The notes under the pieces were generated by a model. The model was not told where the DNA came from. It saw only the letters and a program-made list of their open reading frames with translations, and searched no databases. Positions 44,518-55,641 of a stretch of 64,000 nt of DNA are shown here, piece after piece. Position 1 is the stretch's first letter. The number at the start of each line of letters is the position of its first letter. Position numbers and translations under genes: made by a program. The stretch spans positions 316-64,315 of the forward strand of contig CAZEHN010000006.1 of assembly GCA_964511855.1 (NCBI GenBank), written 5' to 3'. The DNA is from an uncultured Polynucleobacter sp. (lineage in GTDB: Bacteria; Pseudomonadota; Gammaproteobacteria; Burkholderiales; Burkholderiaceae).

Positions 44518-45569
44518 GTAATAGAACGTATAGCAATCGCCGCGAAGTACATAAACCGAATTTCTTAATGAAATTATTTGATGCATTCAAATCAATGCTG
44601 TTAGGTGCTATTAATTTACTTGGCTTTGTATTTGCACCTATTTGGAATCACCCAGAACGAATGAAAGTACTCACAAGATGGATGTGGGTATTATTCGCAA
44701 GCTTGTTTACCTTGTGGTTAATGTTCTGGCTTGGGCAACGTCCTGTTTTCTCTATCAAGCAAATTCAAATTGAATCAAATAATGGAGAGCCGCTAAAGCA
44801 TGTCAATCTACCGGCAGTTAGATCTTTGGTAATTGGTAACTTAACAGGAAATTTCTTTAGCATTCGTTTGGATAATGCAAGAGCAGCTTTTGAGTCTGTG
44901 CCTTGGGTCCGAAAAGCAAGTGTTAGGCGTGTTTGGCCAAATGGCCTTGCTGTAACTATTGAAGAACATAAAGCACTTGGTATTTGGGGTGGTGCTCAAG
45001 AGCCTACCTTAATGAATACATATGGAGAATTATTTGTTGCCAATGTGGCTGAAGCAGAGGCTGATGGTAAGTTGGTAACTTTTAATGGCCCGCCTGAAAG
45101 TAGTCGTGACGTATTGGCTCTTTATGAGCAATTAAATAAATGGTTTGCTCCTTGGAATGCAAAAGCTACTGAAGTTTCTTTAAGTAACCGCTACGCATGG
45201 AGTTCCAAATTGGATAACGGGATGCGCTTTGAGTTTGGAAGAGATCTTGATCAAAGAGACCGTGAACAGATTAACGCCAGAATGGATCGCTTTTTTAAAG
45301 CTTGGCCTCAAGTTCAAGAAAAATGGCCTGGCAAGATTGATATGGTTGATTTGCGATACCCCAATGGATTTGCAATTCGTTTAAATGCACCTAAATCAGT
45401 TGAGGGTAAAGGGGCAGAGATCAAATTGGCTGCTCATTCTGAAGATGCAACAAAAACTACGCAGAAGAAAGCAGCCCATGCTGCAGAAAAAGCTAAGGCT
45501 GATGGTCAAAGTAAAAAGCTTGATAAAAAGAATATCAAGTTAGTTGATAAGAATGGGCGGAGTAATTAA
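44514..45569 (+). CDS. ftsQ: Cell division protein FtsQ
   Basis: TM, POTRA ([15 protein letters not shown]), DLRYPNGFA; Lys/Ala-rich C-terminal tail. Confidence 0.93.
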   Translation: MSNRTYSNRREVHKPNFLMKLFDAFKSMLLGAINLLGFVFAPIWNHPERMKVLTRWMWVLFASLFTLWLMFWLGQRPVFSIKQIQIESNNGEPLKHVNLPAVRSLVIGNLTGNFFSIRLDNARAAFESVPWVRKASVRRVWPNGLAVTIEEHKALGIWGGAQEPTLMNTYGELFVANVAEAEADGKLVTFNGPPESSRDVLALYEQLNKWFAPWNAKATEVSLSNRYAWSSKLDNGMRFEFGRDLDQRDREQINARMDRFFKAWPQVQEKWPGKIDMVDLRYPNGFAIRLNAPKSVEGKGAEIKLAAHSEDATKTTQKKAAHAAEKAKADGQSKKLDKKNIKLVDKNGRSN

Positions 45570-46798
45570 TGAGCAAAGATAATCGCAACTTACTGGTAGG
45601 TTTGGATATTGGAACGTCCAATGTAGTTACCTTGGTTGCTGAACTTCGACCAGATGGTGAGTTTGATGTGATTGGTGTTGGTCAAACACCTTCAAAGGGG
45701 ATTAAAAAAGGCGTTGTTGTAAATATCGAAGACACAGTACAGTCGATTCAGAAATCACTAGAAGAAGCTGAGGTGATGTCTGAATGTCGTGTTGAAAATG
45801 TTTTTGCCGGAATTGCTGGCAATCATATCCATAGTTTTAATACAAGCGGTATGGTCGCAATTCGAGACAAAGAAGTAAGCGAGCAAGATGTCGATCGTGT
45901 TATTGAAAATGCTAAGCCGGTCAACATTCAAACAGATCAACAAATTCTTCATATGTTGATTCAAGAGTATTTGATAGATAACCAAGAAGATGTGCGCGAT
46001 CCAATTGGTATGAGTGGTCAAAAGCTTGAGGTGAGGGCTCACATCGTAACGGGCGCTGTTAGTGCCGCACAAAATATTATCAAATGTATTCGTAGGTGTG
46101 GTTTAGAGGTGAATGATTTGGTATTGCAACCGCTTGCCTCAAGTATTGCCGTATTAACTGAAGATGAGAAAGAGTTGGGGGTTGTGCTAATCGATATTGG
46201 TGGAGGCACTACTGATATTGCTGTTTTCTCTCAAGGCGCAATTCGACATACAGAGGTTATTCCTTTTGCTGGTGATCAAATTACAAATGACATTGCGATG
46301 GCATTAAGAACGCCAACTATTGATGCTGAGGATTTAAAAATTCAATATGGTATTGCAAAGCAATCGTTAGCTGATCCGCAAGCAATGATTGATGTTCCTG
46401 GTATTGGCGAACGTGAAACCAGGTCAATGTCAAAGCAATCTTTAGCAGCTGTGATTGAACCACGAGTTGAAGAATTGTTCACATTTGTATTTGATGCAGT
46501 GAAACGATCAGGTTATGAACATTTAATTTCGTCAGGCGTTGTACTCACAGGTGGTACAGCTTTAATGCCGGGTGTTGTGGAGCTTGCAGAAGAGGTCTTT
46601 TTGAAACCTGCTCGCGTTGGAGTGCCTGAATATAACGGACATTTACGTGAAGTTTTACGTAACCCGAAATTCTCAACAGGAATTGGCTTGTTGAGAGAGG
46701 GTCGTGCCCAAATGTTGAGAGGTCGACAAACATCGACATCCAGTACTTGGCAAAGTTTGGCCCAACGGGTACGTGAATGGTTTATGGGAAATTTTTAA
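45569..46798 (+). CDS. ftsA: Cell division protein FtsA
   Basis: GLDIGTS, DIGGGTTD, C-terminal amphipathic helix ending WFMGNF. Confidence 0.98.
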   Translation: MSKDNRNLLVGLDIGTSNVVTLVAELRPDGEFDVIGVGQTPSKGIKKGVVVNIEDTVQSIQKSLEEAEVMSECRVENVFAGIAGNHIHSFNTSGMVAIRDKEVSEQDVDRVIENAKPVNIQTDQQILHMLIQEYLIDNQEDVRDPIGMSGQKLEVRAHIVTGAVSAAQNIIKCIRRCGLEVNDLVLQPLASSIAVLTEDEKELGVVLIDIGGGTTDIAVFSQGAIRHTEVIPFAGDQITNDIAMALRTPTIDAEDLKIQYGIAKQSLADPQAMIDVPGIGERETRSMSKQSLAAVIEPRVEELFTFVFDAVKRSGYEHLISSGVVLTGGTALMPGVVELAEEVFLKPARVGVPEYNGHLREVLRNPKFSTGIGLLREGRAQMLRGRQTSTSSTWQSLAQRVREWFMGNF

Positions 46799-46840
46799 TT
46801 TAAGTTTTTATTTTTGTAGTCGTCAATCAAGGAGGAAGTT

Positions 46841-48157
46841 ATGGAATTTGAAATGTTAGATGCCGATACAGCTGGCAAAACCATCATTAAGGTGGTTGGT
46901 GTTGGTGGTGCTGGTGGCAATGCTGTTCAGCATATGATTCGACGTGGTGTTCAAGGCGTTGAATTTATTTGCATGAATACAGACGCTGGCGCTTTAAAGC
47001 GTTCTAAAGCTGAGTTGAACTTACAGCTTGGAGAAACAGGTCTTGGTGCAGGCGCAAAACCAGAAGTTGGCGCTTCATCAGCGTTAGAAGCGAAGGCAAG
47101 AATTGCTGACGCGTTACAAGGTTCACATATGGTATTTATCACTGCGGGTATGGGTGGGGGTACTGGTACTGGTGCAGCTCCAATCGTTGCTCAAGTAGCT
47201 AAAGAAATGGGAATTTTGACAGTTGGTGTTGTCAGTAAGCCATTTGACTTTGAAGGTGTTAAGCGTTCAAAAGTTGCGGAAGCTGGTGCACACGAACTGG
47301 AAGCTCATGTTGATTCTTTAATCGTTGTTTTGAATGAAAAATTATTCGAAGTGATGGGTGAAGATGCTGAAATGGATAAAGCATTCGGTTGTGCTGATGA
47401 TGTTCTTCACAATGCAGTTGCTGGTATTGCTGAAATTATTAATGAGCATGGCTTAATTAACGTTGACTTTGAAGACGTTAAAACAGTAATGAGTGAGCAA
47501 GGTAAAGCTATGATGGGTACTGCGACAGTATCTGGCGTTGATCGTGCTCGTTTAGCTGCTGAAGCTGCGGTTGCTTCTCCATTGTTAGAGGGTGTTGATT
47601 TGTCTGGTGCACGTGGTGTTCTTGTGAATATCACAGCAAGTCGTTCACTTAAACTGTCAGAAACTCGTGAAGTAATGGCTGCGATTCGTGGGTATGCAGC
47701 TGATGACGCAACTGTAATTTTCGGTACAGTTTATGATGACAATTTAGGTGATGCTATTCGTGTAACTGTTGTTGCAACAGGGTTGAATAGTGGCGAAATG
47801 AAAAACCAACAAAGACCAGAAGTTGTTTGGCGTAATCAAGCGACTGGAACGCATGATGCTATTCCAACAATGACTGATTTAAGTGCATTTGCACCAACAA
47901 GTCCAATTGCTACTGCTGCAATGGTAAACGCAAATACAGCACCACAAGCAGCGACGCAAGTGGCACCAACTGCTCCTGCAGTACAGCCTGGTCCAGTTGA
48001 TTATTCGAAATTTGAAGTCCCTTCATTTTTTCGTCAATCACCAGACCGTGTTGCGCCGACTTTGGGTGCAGATAGTTCGCCTCAAGCGCGCAATTTATTA
48101 GAAAAGGGTACGGAATATTTTGAAATCCCAGCTTTTTTAAGAAAACAAGCTGACTAA
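46841..48157 (+). CDS. ftsZ: Cell division protein FtsZ
   Basis: GGGTGTG tubulin signature, NVDFED, C-terminal EIPAFLRKQAD; SD AAGGAGG. Confidence 0.99.
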   Translation: MEFEMLDADTAGKTIIKVVGVGGAGGNAVQHMIRRGVQGVEFICMNTDAGALKRSKAELNLQLGETGLGAGAKPEVGASSALEAKARIADALQGSHMVFITAGMGGGTGTGAAPIVAQVAKEMGILTVGVVSKPFDFEGVKRSKVAEAGAHELEAHVDSLIVVLNEKLFEVMGEDAEMDKAFGCADDVLHNAVAGIAEIINEHGLINVDFEDVKTVMSEQGKAMMGTATVSGVDRARLAAEAAVASPLLEGVDLSGARGVLVNITASRSLKLSETREVMAAIRGYAADDATVIFGTVYDDNLGDAIRVTVVATGLNSGEMKNQQRPEVVWRNQATGTHDAIPTMTDLSAFAPTSPIATAAMVNANTAPQAATQVAPTAPAVQPGPVDYSKFEVPSFFRQSPDRVAPTLGADSSPQARNLLEKGTEYFEIPAFLRKQAD

Positions 48158-48171
48158 ATAGTCCAATAAAA

Positions 48172-48249
48172 TCAATGGCATAAGAAATGCCGATGGGTGC
48201 GCTCCTCCTGACGACGACGACTGCGCTACCATCGGTATTTCGCTATTGA
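48172..48249 (+). ncRNA. Candidate structured RNA in the ftsZ 3' UTR with an anti-SD loop complementary to the ftsZ leader
   Basis: Stems 48172-48179/48242-48249, 48184-48196/48229-48241 and 48199-48202/48223-48226; 20-nt loop UCCUCCUGACGACGACGACU. Confidence 0.6.
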
Positions 48250-48269
48250 AAATAAATGGAGACCTAATA

Positions 48270-48770
48270 ATGATTTCAATTGGACAAACCTTACCAGAAG
48301 CAACCCTTTACGAATTTATTCAGGAAGAAACTCCTGGGTGTGCAATAGGGCCAAATGCATTCAATGTTGGTGAGGCAACAAAAAATAAGAAGGTAGTTAT
48401 TTTTGGACTACCGGGTGCTTATACGCCAACTTGTTCTGCTAAGCATGTGCCTGGATACGTAGAAAATTTCGAAGCGATTAAAGCTCGAGGTGTAGATGAA
48501 ATTTGGTGCGTTTCTGTTAATGATGCTTTTGTTATGGGCGCATGGGGTAATGACCAAAAAGTTGGAAAAAAAGTTCGCATGATGGGTGATGGTAGTGCGG
48601 AATTTACAAAAAAATTAGGGCTTGAGCTTGATTTAAGTGCTCGAGGTTTGGGACTTCGCTCACAAAGATATTTGATGATTGTTGATAATGGTATTGTTAA
48701 GTATCTTGCAGTAGAAGGACCGGGAAAATTTGAAGTAAGTGATGCTGCTTCCGCATTGAAGCAGTTGTAA
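48270..48770 (+). CDS. Peroxiredoxin (Prx5/type II)
   Basis: [20 protein letters not shown]; start moved to ATG at 48270 after a GGAG SD. Confidence 0.95.
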   Translation: MISIGQTLPEATLYEFIQEETPGCAIGPNAFNVGEATKNKKVVIFGLPGAYTPTCSAKHVPGYVENFEAIKARGVDEIWCVSVNDAFVMGAWGNDQKVGKKVRMMGDGSAEFTKKLGLELDLSARGLGLRSQRYLMIVDNGIVKYLAVEGPGKFEVSDAASALKQL

Positions 48771-48798
48771 AGATTGTAATAGGCCCGAGGAAAATTTC

Positions 48799-49719
48799 AT
48801 GTTGAAACAAAGAACCATCGCTGCTCCGATTAAAACGGTCGGTATTGGTTTACATTCGGGCCGCAAAGCAACATTGCATTTAAAACCAGCTCCTGTTGAT
48901 AGTGGAATTGTATTTACGCGGGTGGATCAAGAGCCAAGCACATTGATACCCGCGTTAGCTAAAAATGTGACTGATACTCGGCTTGCTACGGTGCTTCAAT
49001 TAGAGCAGTTTAAAGTTTCAACAGTTGAACATTTAATGTCAGCGTGCGCAGGTTTATGTATCGATAATCTGATTATCGAAATTGATTGTGAAGAGATTCC
49101 AATCATGGATGGTAGTGCGGCTTCTTTTCTGTTTTTAATTCAATCGGCTGGATTGGTTGAGCAGGAAGGCCCTCGTAAGTTTTTAAAAATAAATCAAGCA
49201 GTTGAGATTCGTGAAGGTGATAAGTTAGCTCGACTTGAGCCTCACTTTGGATTCAAATTAGATTTCACGATTGACTTCAAGCATCCGGCCGTTGATAAAA
49301 CTGGCCAGCGCTTTACGATTGATTTCGCTGAAACAAGTTATGCCAAAGAAATTGGCAGGGCAAGAACGTTCGGTTTCGCACATGAAGTTGAAGCATTGCG
49401 AGAAATTGGTTTAGCACGTGGCGGTAGTCTCGATAATGCAATTGTTTTAGACGAGCATCGTATTTTGAATAATGAAGAGCTTAGATATGACGATGAATTT
49501 GTGCGTCATAAAATCTTAGATGCTATTGGTGATTTGTATCTTGCTGGAAATCCAATTATCGGATCTTATATTGCTGAAAAATCAGGTCATGCCTTAAATA
49601 ATTTATTGTTAAGAAAATTATTTGATACGCCTGGAAGTTATGAGTATGTTACTTACTCAAATGAAGCTGAAGCGCCGTCTGCCTATCTTCCTCAAAGCCT
49701 ACCCTTATTGGCTAGCTAA
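48799..49719 (+). CDS. lpxC: UDP-3-O-acyl-GlcNAc deacetylase
   Basis: [28 protein letters not shown]. Confidence 0.98.
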   Translation: MLKQRTIAAPIKTVGIGLHSGRKATLHLKPAPVDSGIVFTRVDQEPSTLIPALAKNVTDTRLATVLQLEQFKVSTVEHLMSACAGLCIDNLIIEIDCEEIPIMDGSAASFLFLIQSAGLVEQEGPRKFLKINQAVEIREGDKLARLEPHFGFKLDFTIDFKHPAVDKTGQRFTIDFAETSYAKEIGRARTFGFAHEVEALREIGLARGGSLDNAIVLDEHRILNNEELRYDDEFVRHKILDAIGDLYLAGNPIIGSYIAEKSGHALNNLLLRKLFDTPGSYEYVTYSNEAEAPSAYLPQSLPLLAS

Positions 49720-49721
49720 AA

Positions 49722-50306
49722 TTATTTAGTTAATTTATTAACTAGATTTTTGATCGCATCTAGTAGTTTTGAATCTTCCGGTAACGTTTTGGCAAGATTT
49801 TCCCAAGCTTTTTTCCCGGTTGCGGTCATGACTTTTACACTCATGTTTGCGGTATTCGGTGACTTATCTTTTGTAGAAATCACTAGGCCAGGCGTGACCT
49901 TGATGCTCAGTGTTTTAATTTCCCAGCCAGATTGCCGCAAATAACTAGCTAGAGAGGGTAATCTTTGCTTCAATTTGGCACCAATTGCCCCTTGGCTGAC
50001 CTGTAATTTGAGCTCTCCATTCGAGGAAATGATGCCTGGTTCAATCTCAGAAGCGAGATTTCCAAGATTTACTGACTCTAATGCCTCATATAAACATGCT
50101 TGGAGGTGTTGTCTTTGCTCCACTTGGTTAATCAAGTTATTAAGCGCTGGGGAATTGGGGTTTTCTTTGAAAAAATCAACTACCCCATTGATTTTATTAG
50201 ATTTTTTATTATTTTTAGCAGGTATCCACGAGCCTAGAGAACTGCGCTCTTGAGAATTAGGCGTAGTTTTAGGTTTTGGAAAATTTTTATGTCGCAAATC
50301 GGTCAT
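49722..50306 (-). CDS. Probable DciA/DUF721-family protein
   Basis: Antisense between lpxC and secA, the usual DUF721 position; GELKL...GAIGAKLKQRLPSL...IKV resembles the family; divergent, so assigned mainly by synteny. Confidence 0.65.
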   Translation of the reverse strand: MTDLRHKNFPKPKTTPNSQERSSLGSWIPAKNNKKSNKINGVVDFFKENPNSPALNNLINQVEQRQHLQACLYEALESVNLGNLASEIEPGIISSNGELKLQVSQGAIGAKLKQRLPSLASYLRQSGWEIKTLSIKVTPGLVISTKDKSPNTANMSVKVMTATGKKAWENLAKTLPEDSKLLDAIKNLVNKLTK

Positions 50307-50361
50307 AACTTAAGTATCTACGAATGATAAACTCACTAGTTAATTTCACTTCTTGCATAAC

Positions 50362-53112
50362 ATGTTATCCGGTCTTCTTAAAAAAATAATTGGCAGTCGA
50401 AATGACCGCCTGTTAAAACAATATCGCCGTGTGGTGGCGCAAATCAATGGCCTTGAAGAGTCGATTAGTCGATTATCTGACGAAGAGCTCAAAGCCAAAA
50501 CTTTAGAATTTAAGAATCGTATCAATGGTGGTGCGACATTAAATTCACTTTTACCCGAAGCTTTTGCTGTTGTCAGAGAGGCAAGTAAGCGCGTCATGAA
50601 AATGCGCCATTTTGATGTCCAGTTAATGGGCGGCATGGCTTTGCATGATGGCAAGATTGCTGAAATGAGAACTGGTGAAGGTAAAACACTCACAGCAACT
50701 CTAGCTGTTTATCTAAATGCGCTTGCAGGTAAGGGTGTTCACGTCATTACAGTTAACGATTATTTGGCACAACGTGATGCTGAATGGATGTCTAAGCTTT
50801 ATAACTTTTTAGGTTTAAGTGTTGGCATTAATTTGTCGCAAATGGATCATGAGTCAAAACAAAAAGCTTATGCTGCTGACATCACTTATGGCACAAATAA
50901 TGAATTTGGTTTTGATTACCTTCGTGACAACATGGTGCACGATGTAGGTCAGAGAGTACAGCGTGGATTAAGTTACGCAATTATCGATGAGGTAGATTCA
51001 ATCTTAATTGATGAAGCGCGAACTCCTTTAATTATCTCTGGTCAAGCTGATGACCACACAGATCTATATATCAAGATGAATGCTTTACCTGCGTATCTTG
51101 AAAGACAGATTGGTGAAGAAAAAGCGGATGGTACGGGCGTAGAAAAACCTGGCGATTACATTATTGATGAGAAGGCTAATCAAGTTTTCTTGACTGAGAG
51201 CGGTCATGAAAAAGCGGAAAGTGTTCTAGTTAAGATTGGATTGCTAAAAGAGGGAGATTCCTTATACGCGCCACAGAATATTACATTGATGCATCATGTG
51301 AATGCTGCATTAAGAGCGCATACTTTATTTGCTCGTGATCAACACTATGTTGTTCAAAATAATGAAATCATTATTGTTGATGAGTTCACTGGACGTTTAA
51401 TGACTGGAAGACGTTGGTCAGATGGTCTTCATCAAGCTGTAGAGGCTAAAGAAGGTGTAGCGATCCAGAATGAGAATCAAACCTTAGCAACTATTACATT
51501 CCAGAATTATTTCCGGATGTACGGCAAATTATCTGGTATGACTGGAACAGCTGATACTGAAGCATACGAGTTCCAAGAAATTTATCGTTTAGAAACGGTA
51601 GTAATTCCTCCAAACAGAATTAGTAAACGAGTCGATAAGCAAGATCAGATTTATAAGTCATCGCAAGAAAGATATAACGCGGTGATTAAAGATATTAAAG
51701 ATTGTTATGAACGTGGTCAGCCAGTACTAGTGGGTACAACTTCGATTGAAAATTCTGAGTTGATTTCAGGATTGTTAAATAAAGAAAACTTACCACATCA
51801 AGTTCTTAATGCTAAACAGCATGCAAGAGAGGCCGAGATCATTGCTCAGGCAGGCCGTCCTAAGATGATTACGATCGCAACTAACATGGCTGGTCGAGGC
51901 ACTGACATTGTTCTTGGCGGTAATGTTGAAAAGCAATCTTCATTTGTAATGGCTGATGAGACTCTTGATGATGCTCAGAAGCAAGCTAAGATTAAGCAAT
52001 TGCAAGATGAATGGGCTGGCTTAAATGAAGCCGTGGTTTTTGCAGGTGGCTTGCATATTATTGGTACAGAGCGTCATGAAAGCCGTCGTATTGATAATCA
52101 GCTTAGAGGACGTTCAGGTCGACAAGGTGATCCAGGATCTTCAAGATTCTATTTGTCATTAGATGATCCACTCCTCAGGATTTTTGCGGGCGATAGATTG
52201 CGTGCGATTATGGAGCGTTTGCGCATGCCTGACGGTGAGCCGATTGAAGCGGGTATGGTGACAAGATCGATCGAGTCTGCTCAGCGTAAAGTTGAAGGAC
52301 GTAACTTTGATATTCGTAAACAATTATTGCAATATGATGACGTTGCAAATGATCAACGTAAAGAGACATATCGTTTGCGCAATGAAGTTTTAGAGTCCTC
52401 AGATGTGGGTGGGTTGGTTGATAATCTTCGCGAAAGCGTCTTTACTGACATAACTCGCTTATATATTCCGGTTGGAACATTAGAAGAGCAATGGGATATA
52501 GCTGGACTTCAGGCGGAGCTTGCAAACGAATGGGGAATAAATTTAAACCTTGCAGCAAAAATTGAAGAGCAAGCTTCAGTTGAGGACGAAGATATTCTTG
52601 AATGGGTGCTTCAAGCATCTAAGGATCATTATGAGAATAAGGTTTCACAAGCAGATAGAGCCTCCTTCGCTGGATTTGAAAGATCAGTTGCTTTATATAG
52701 TCTAGACACACATTGGCGTGAGCATTTGGCAGCTCTAGATCATTTACGACAAGGTATTCATTTACGAGGATATGCTCAAAAGGATCCGAAGCAAGAATAT
52801 CGCCGTGAAGCTTTTGAACTGTATGGTGAATTACTTGAAACCATTAAAAGAGACGTCACAAGAACCATCATGAATGTGCAAATTCAGTCTGCTCAAGAGT
52901 TGGATCAGGCATCTGATGCGATTCAAGAAGACCTTGGCCAATTACGCGATGTTCAGTATCAGCATGCTCAAGCAGATGGATCTAATGAAGAGCAAGTGGC
53001 TAATAATGCTCAAGTTGCACAAGCAAATGCCATGCCAAAGGTTGGAAGAAATGACCCATGCCCGTGTGGTAGTGGTAAAAAATACAAACAATGTCACGGA
53101 CAAATTTCTTAG
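50362..53112 (+). CDS. secA: Preprotein translocase ATPase SecA
   Basis: [38 protein letters not shown] motif [13 protein letters not shown]; start moved to ATG at 50362. Confidence 0.99.
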   Translation: MLSGLLKKIIGSRNDRLLKQYRRVVAQINGLEESISRLSDEELKAKTLEFKNRINGGATLNSLLPEAFAVVREASKRVMKMRHFDVQLMGGMALHDGKIAEMRTGEGKTLTATLAVYLNALAGKGVHVITVNDYLAQRDAEWMSKLYNFLGLSVGINLSQMDHESKQKAYAADITYGTNNEFGFDYLRDNMVHDVGQRVQRGLSYAIIDEVDSILIDEARTPLIISGQADDHTDLYIKMNALPAYLERQIGEEKADGTGVEKPGDYIIDEKANQVFLTESGHEKAESVLVKIGLLKEGDSLYAPQNITLMHHVNAALRAHTLFARDQHYVVQNNEIIIVDEFTGRLMTGRRWSDGLHQAVEAKEGVAIQNENQTLATITFQNYFRMYGKLSGMTGTADTEAYEFQEIYRLETVVIPPNRISKRVDKQDQIYKSSQERYNAVIKDIKDCYERGQPVLVGTTSIENSELISGLLNKENLPHQVLNAKQHAREAEIIAQAGRPKMITIATNMAGRGTDIVLGGNVEKQSSFVMADETLDDAQKQAKIKQLQDEWAGLNEAVVFAGGLHIIGTERHESRRIDNQLRGRSGRQGDPGSSRFYLSLDDPLLRIFAGDRLRAIMERLRMPDGEPIEAGMVTRSIESAQRKVEGRNFDIRKQLLQYDDVANDQRKETYRLRNEVLESSDVGGLVDNLRESVFTDITRLYIPVGTLEEQWDIAGLQAELANEWGINLNLAAKIEEQASVEDEDILEWVLQASKDHYENKVSQADRASFAGFERSVALYSLDTHWREHLAALDHLRQGIHLRGYAQKDPKQEYRREAFELYGELLETIKRDVTRTIMNVQIQSAQELDQASDAIQEDLGQLRDVQYQHAQADGSNEEQVANNAQVAQANAMPKVGRNDPCPCGSGKKYKQCHGQIS

Positions 53113-53121
53113 GGTAGAAGA

Positions 53122-54348
53122 ATGCCAGTTAATCTTCCAGAACTTAATAACAAAGATTTAAATCCCGTATTAGGTTTAAAGCTTGGCTATGCGCAGGCGG
53201 GCATTAAAAAAGTTGATCGTAAAGATGTATTGCTGATTACTGTGCCTGAAGGTGCTAGTGTTGCGGGCGTATTTACTAAGAATAGATTTTGTGCGGCTCC
53301 TGTTCAGGTATGTAAGGAGCACTTAGCACTTAATCAAGCGATTCGTGCTTTGGTGATCAATACAGGTAATGCAAATGCTGGAACGGGTGAGTCAGGTTTG
53401 TTGCATGCTAAACAAACAACCCAAGCTGTTGCAAAATTATTGGACATTTCTCCTGAGCAAGTCTTACCATTTTCAACGGGGGTGATTTTGGAGCCTTTGC
53501 CGGTTGATAAAGTGATTAAAGCTTTGCCTCAGGCTCAAGCTAATTTAACTGAAAATGATTGGTTGTCTGCGGCTCAAGCAATTATGACAACTGATACCCA
53601 GCCAAAGGCGTATTCCAAGACTGTTGAAATTAATGGACAAAAAGTAACTATGACCGGCATCAGTAAAGGTGCTGGCATGATTCATCCAAATATGGCAACA
53701 ATGTTAGGATTCGTTGGGACTGATGCAAAAGTTTCTCAGTCTTTATTGAAAAACCTTACAAAAGAAGTGGCCGATTTATCGTTTAATGCAATTACTATTG
53801 ATGGTGACACATCAACGAATGACTCTTTCATTGTCATGGCAACTGGTCAAGGTAAATTAGCGATCGAGTCAGAATCATCTTCTGGTTACAAAGAGTTCAA
53901 AGCACTGCTCTTAGAGGTTTCTCAACAATTAGCGCAGATGATTGTTAGAGATGGTGAAGGTGCAACCAAGTTCATGACGATTGTTACTAAAGGTGGTAAA
54001 AATCTCGAAGAGTGCGTTAAGGTAGGTGAAGCAATTTCACATTCACCGTTAGTTAAGACAGCATTCTTTGCGAGCGATCCTAATTTAGGTCGAATTCTCG
54101 CGGCAATTGGTTATGCAGGCATTGATGACTTAGATGTATCGAAAGTTCAGCTGTGGTTAGGAGATGTATTAGTTGCTAAAAATGGTGGCCGTGACCCTAA
54201 TTACAAAGAAGAAGATGGTCAGCGTGTCATGCAGGATTCGGAAATCTTGGTAACGGTTGATTTAGGTCGCGGCACTTTTGAACGTACGATGTGGACATGT
54301 GACTTGTCTCATGAATATGTTTCTATTAATGCTGACTATCGTTCTTAA
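53122..54348 (+). CDS. argJ: Ornithine acetyltransferase / N-acetylglutamate synthase
   Basis: [14 protein letters not shown] autocleavage motif, [15 protein letters not shown]. Confidence 0.97.
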   Translation: MPVNLPELNNKDLNPVLGLKLGYAQAGIKKVDRKDVLLITVPEGASVAGVFTKNRFCAAPVQVCKEHLALNQAIRALVINTGNANAGTGESGLLHAKQTTQAVAKLLDISPEQVLPFSTGVILEPLPVDKVIKALPQAQANLTENDWLSAAQAIMTTDTQPKAYSKTVEINGQKVTMTGISKGAGMIHPNMATMLGFVGTDAKVSQSLLKNLTKEVADLSFNAITIDGDTSTNDSFIVMATGQGKLAIESESSSGYKEFKALLLEVSQQLAQMIVRDGEGATKFMTIVTKGGKNLEECVKVGEAISHSPLVKTAFFASDPNLGRILAAIGYAGIDDLDVSKVQLWLGDVLVAKNGGRDPNYKEEDGQRVMQDSEILVTVDLGRGTFERTMWTCDLSHEYVSINADYRS

Positions 54349-54350
54349 TA

Positions 54351-55208
54351 ATGTCAGAAAAACTTGATCGACTTTTATCTCACTTAGAAGCCTTTTTGCC
54401 GAAGGCGTTGACTGATGCAGATTGGGAAAATTCAATCGCTTTCAGATGGCGTCGTAGAGATAGTCTTTTAGGAAGTGTTGGCTATCTTCAAGCGGTTAAA
54501 CAAGTTTCATCAATAGATTTTGATGACTTGCAAAATATCGATCGACAAAAAGAATCAATCTATGCAAATACCCTGCAATTTATTCAGGGAAAACCAGCAA
54601 ATAATATCTTACTAACAGGCGCCAGAGGAACCGGAAAATCCTCTTTAATTAAAGCGTGTCTTAAAGAATTTAATACTCAAGGCTTGCGATTGGTAGAGGT
54701 AGATAAAGAACATTTGGCAGATCTGCAGGATCTAACCGAATTGCTTGCTGAACGTCCTGAAAAATTTATCATTTTTTGTGATGATTTGTCATTTGAGGAT
54801 GGTGAGTCTGGATATAAGGCATTGAAGTCAGCGTTAGATGGATCAGTTTCTGCCCAGGTAGAGAATGTCTTAATTTATGCAACGTCTAATCGTCGTCATT
54901 TATTACCAGAATATATGACAGATAATGAAAGTTATCGACATACGAGTGATGGTGAGATTCATCCTGGTGAAGTGGTTGAAGAAAAAATCTCATTATCAGA
55001 ACGATTTGGATTGTGGATATCTTTTTATCCACCTAAGCAAGATGAATACCTTGCAATTGTTGCTCATTGGTTAAAGCATTTCGGATTAGAACAATCTCAT
55101 ATTGAAGAAGCTAAATCTGAAGCTTTAGTTTGGGCATTGGAGCGAGGTTCAAGATCAGGCAGGGTGGCATGGCAGTTTGCACGTCATTGGGCCGGCTCTC
55201 ATAAGTGA
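54351..55208 (+). CDS. AAA+ ATPase, DUF815 family
   Basis: GARGTGKSS, CDDLSF, YATSNRRHL, RSGRVAWQF. Confidence 0.9.
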   Translation: MSEKLDRLLSHLEAFLPKALTDADWENSIAFRWRRRDSLLGSVGYLQAVKQVSSIDFDDLQNIDRQKESIYANTLQFIQGKPANNILLTGARGTGKSSLIKACLKEFNTQGLRLVEVDKEHLADLQDLTELLAERPEKFIIFCDDLSFEDGESGYKALKSALDGSVSAQVENVLIYATSNRRHLLPEYMTDNESYRHTSDGEIHPGEVVEEKISLSERFGLWISFYPPKQDEYLAIVAHWLKHFGLEQSHIEEAKSEALVWALERGSRSGRVAWQFARHWAGSHK

Positions 55209-55630
55209 TGAATAAAACTACAGTCGCTCGCAAGGTGACCGAAGTAGCGGTTGGAATACTTGTTAAGCCGGATTTATCTTATTTGTTGGGGCAGCGTCCA
55301 GAGGGTAAGCCTTACGCAGGATATTGGGAGTTTCCAGGTGGAAAGCTGGAGCTTGGGGAGACTGTTTTTGAGGCACTCTACCGAGAACTTAAAGAAGAGT
55401 TAGGTATCGAAATTCATTCCAGTGAGCCATGGCAAGTTATTGAGCATGATTATCCTCATGCCTATGTAAGACTTAATATTCATTTTGTGAGAGAGTGGTC
55501 AGGAGAGGCAAAAGGACTCGAAGGACAAAATCTCAGTTGGCAAAAAAATATAAAAATAGCACCAAGTGTAGGACCATTATTACCTGCGACACTACCTATT
55601 TTAGAGTTAATGAAAGCTAATTCGCTTTAG
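55205..55630 (+). CDS. mutT: MutT-like NUDIX hydrolase (8-oxo-dGTPase)
   Basis: WEFPGGKLELGETVFEALYRELKEELGI Nudix box; conserved position after secA-argJ. Confidence 0.85.
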   Translation: MMNKTTVARKVTEVAVGILVKPDLSYLLGQRPEGKPYAGYWEFPGGKLELGETVFEALYRELKEELGIEIHSSEPWQVIEHDYPHAYVRLNIHFVREWSGEAKGLEGQNLSWQKNIKIAPSVGPLLPATLPILELMKANSL

Positions 55631-55641
55631 AAGTGAAACAA

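Noticed and set aside
48210..48221. (GAC)4 as a microsatellite or phase-variable tract
   Set aside because: Too short, intergenic, and better explained as part of the hairpin loop complementary to the ftsZ leader
48172..48249. ftsZ downstream hairpin as a simple rho-independent terminator
   Set aside because: 20-nt loop, internal bulges and no U-tract after the stem; unlike the clear terminators at 8477, 19254 and 29536
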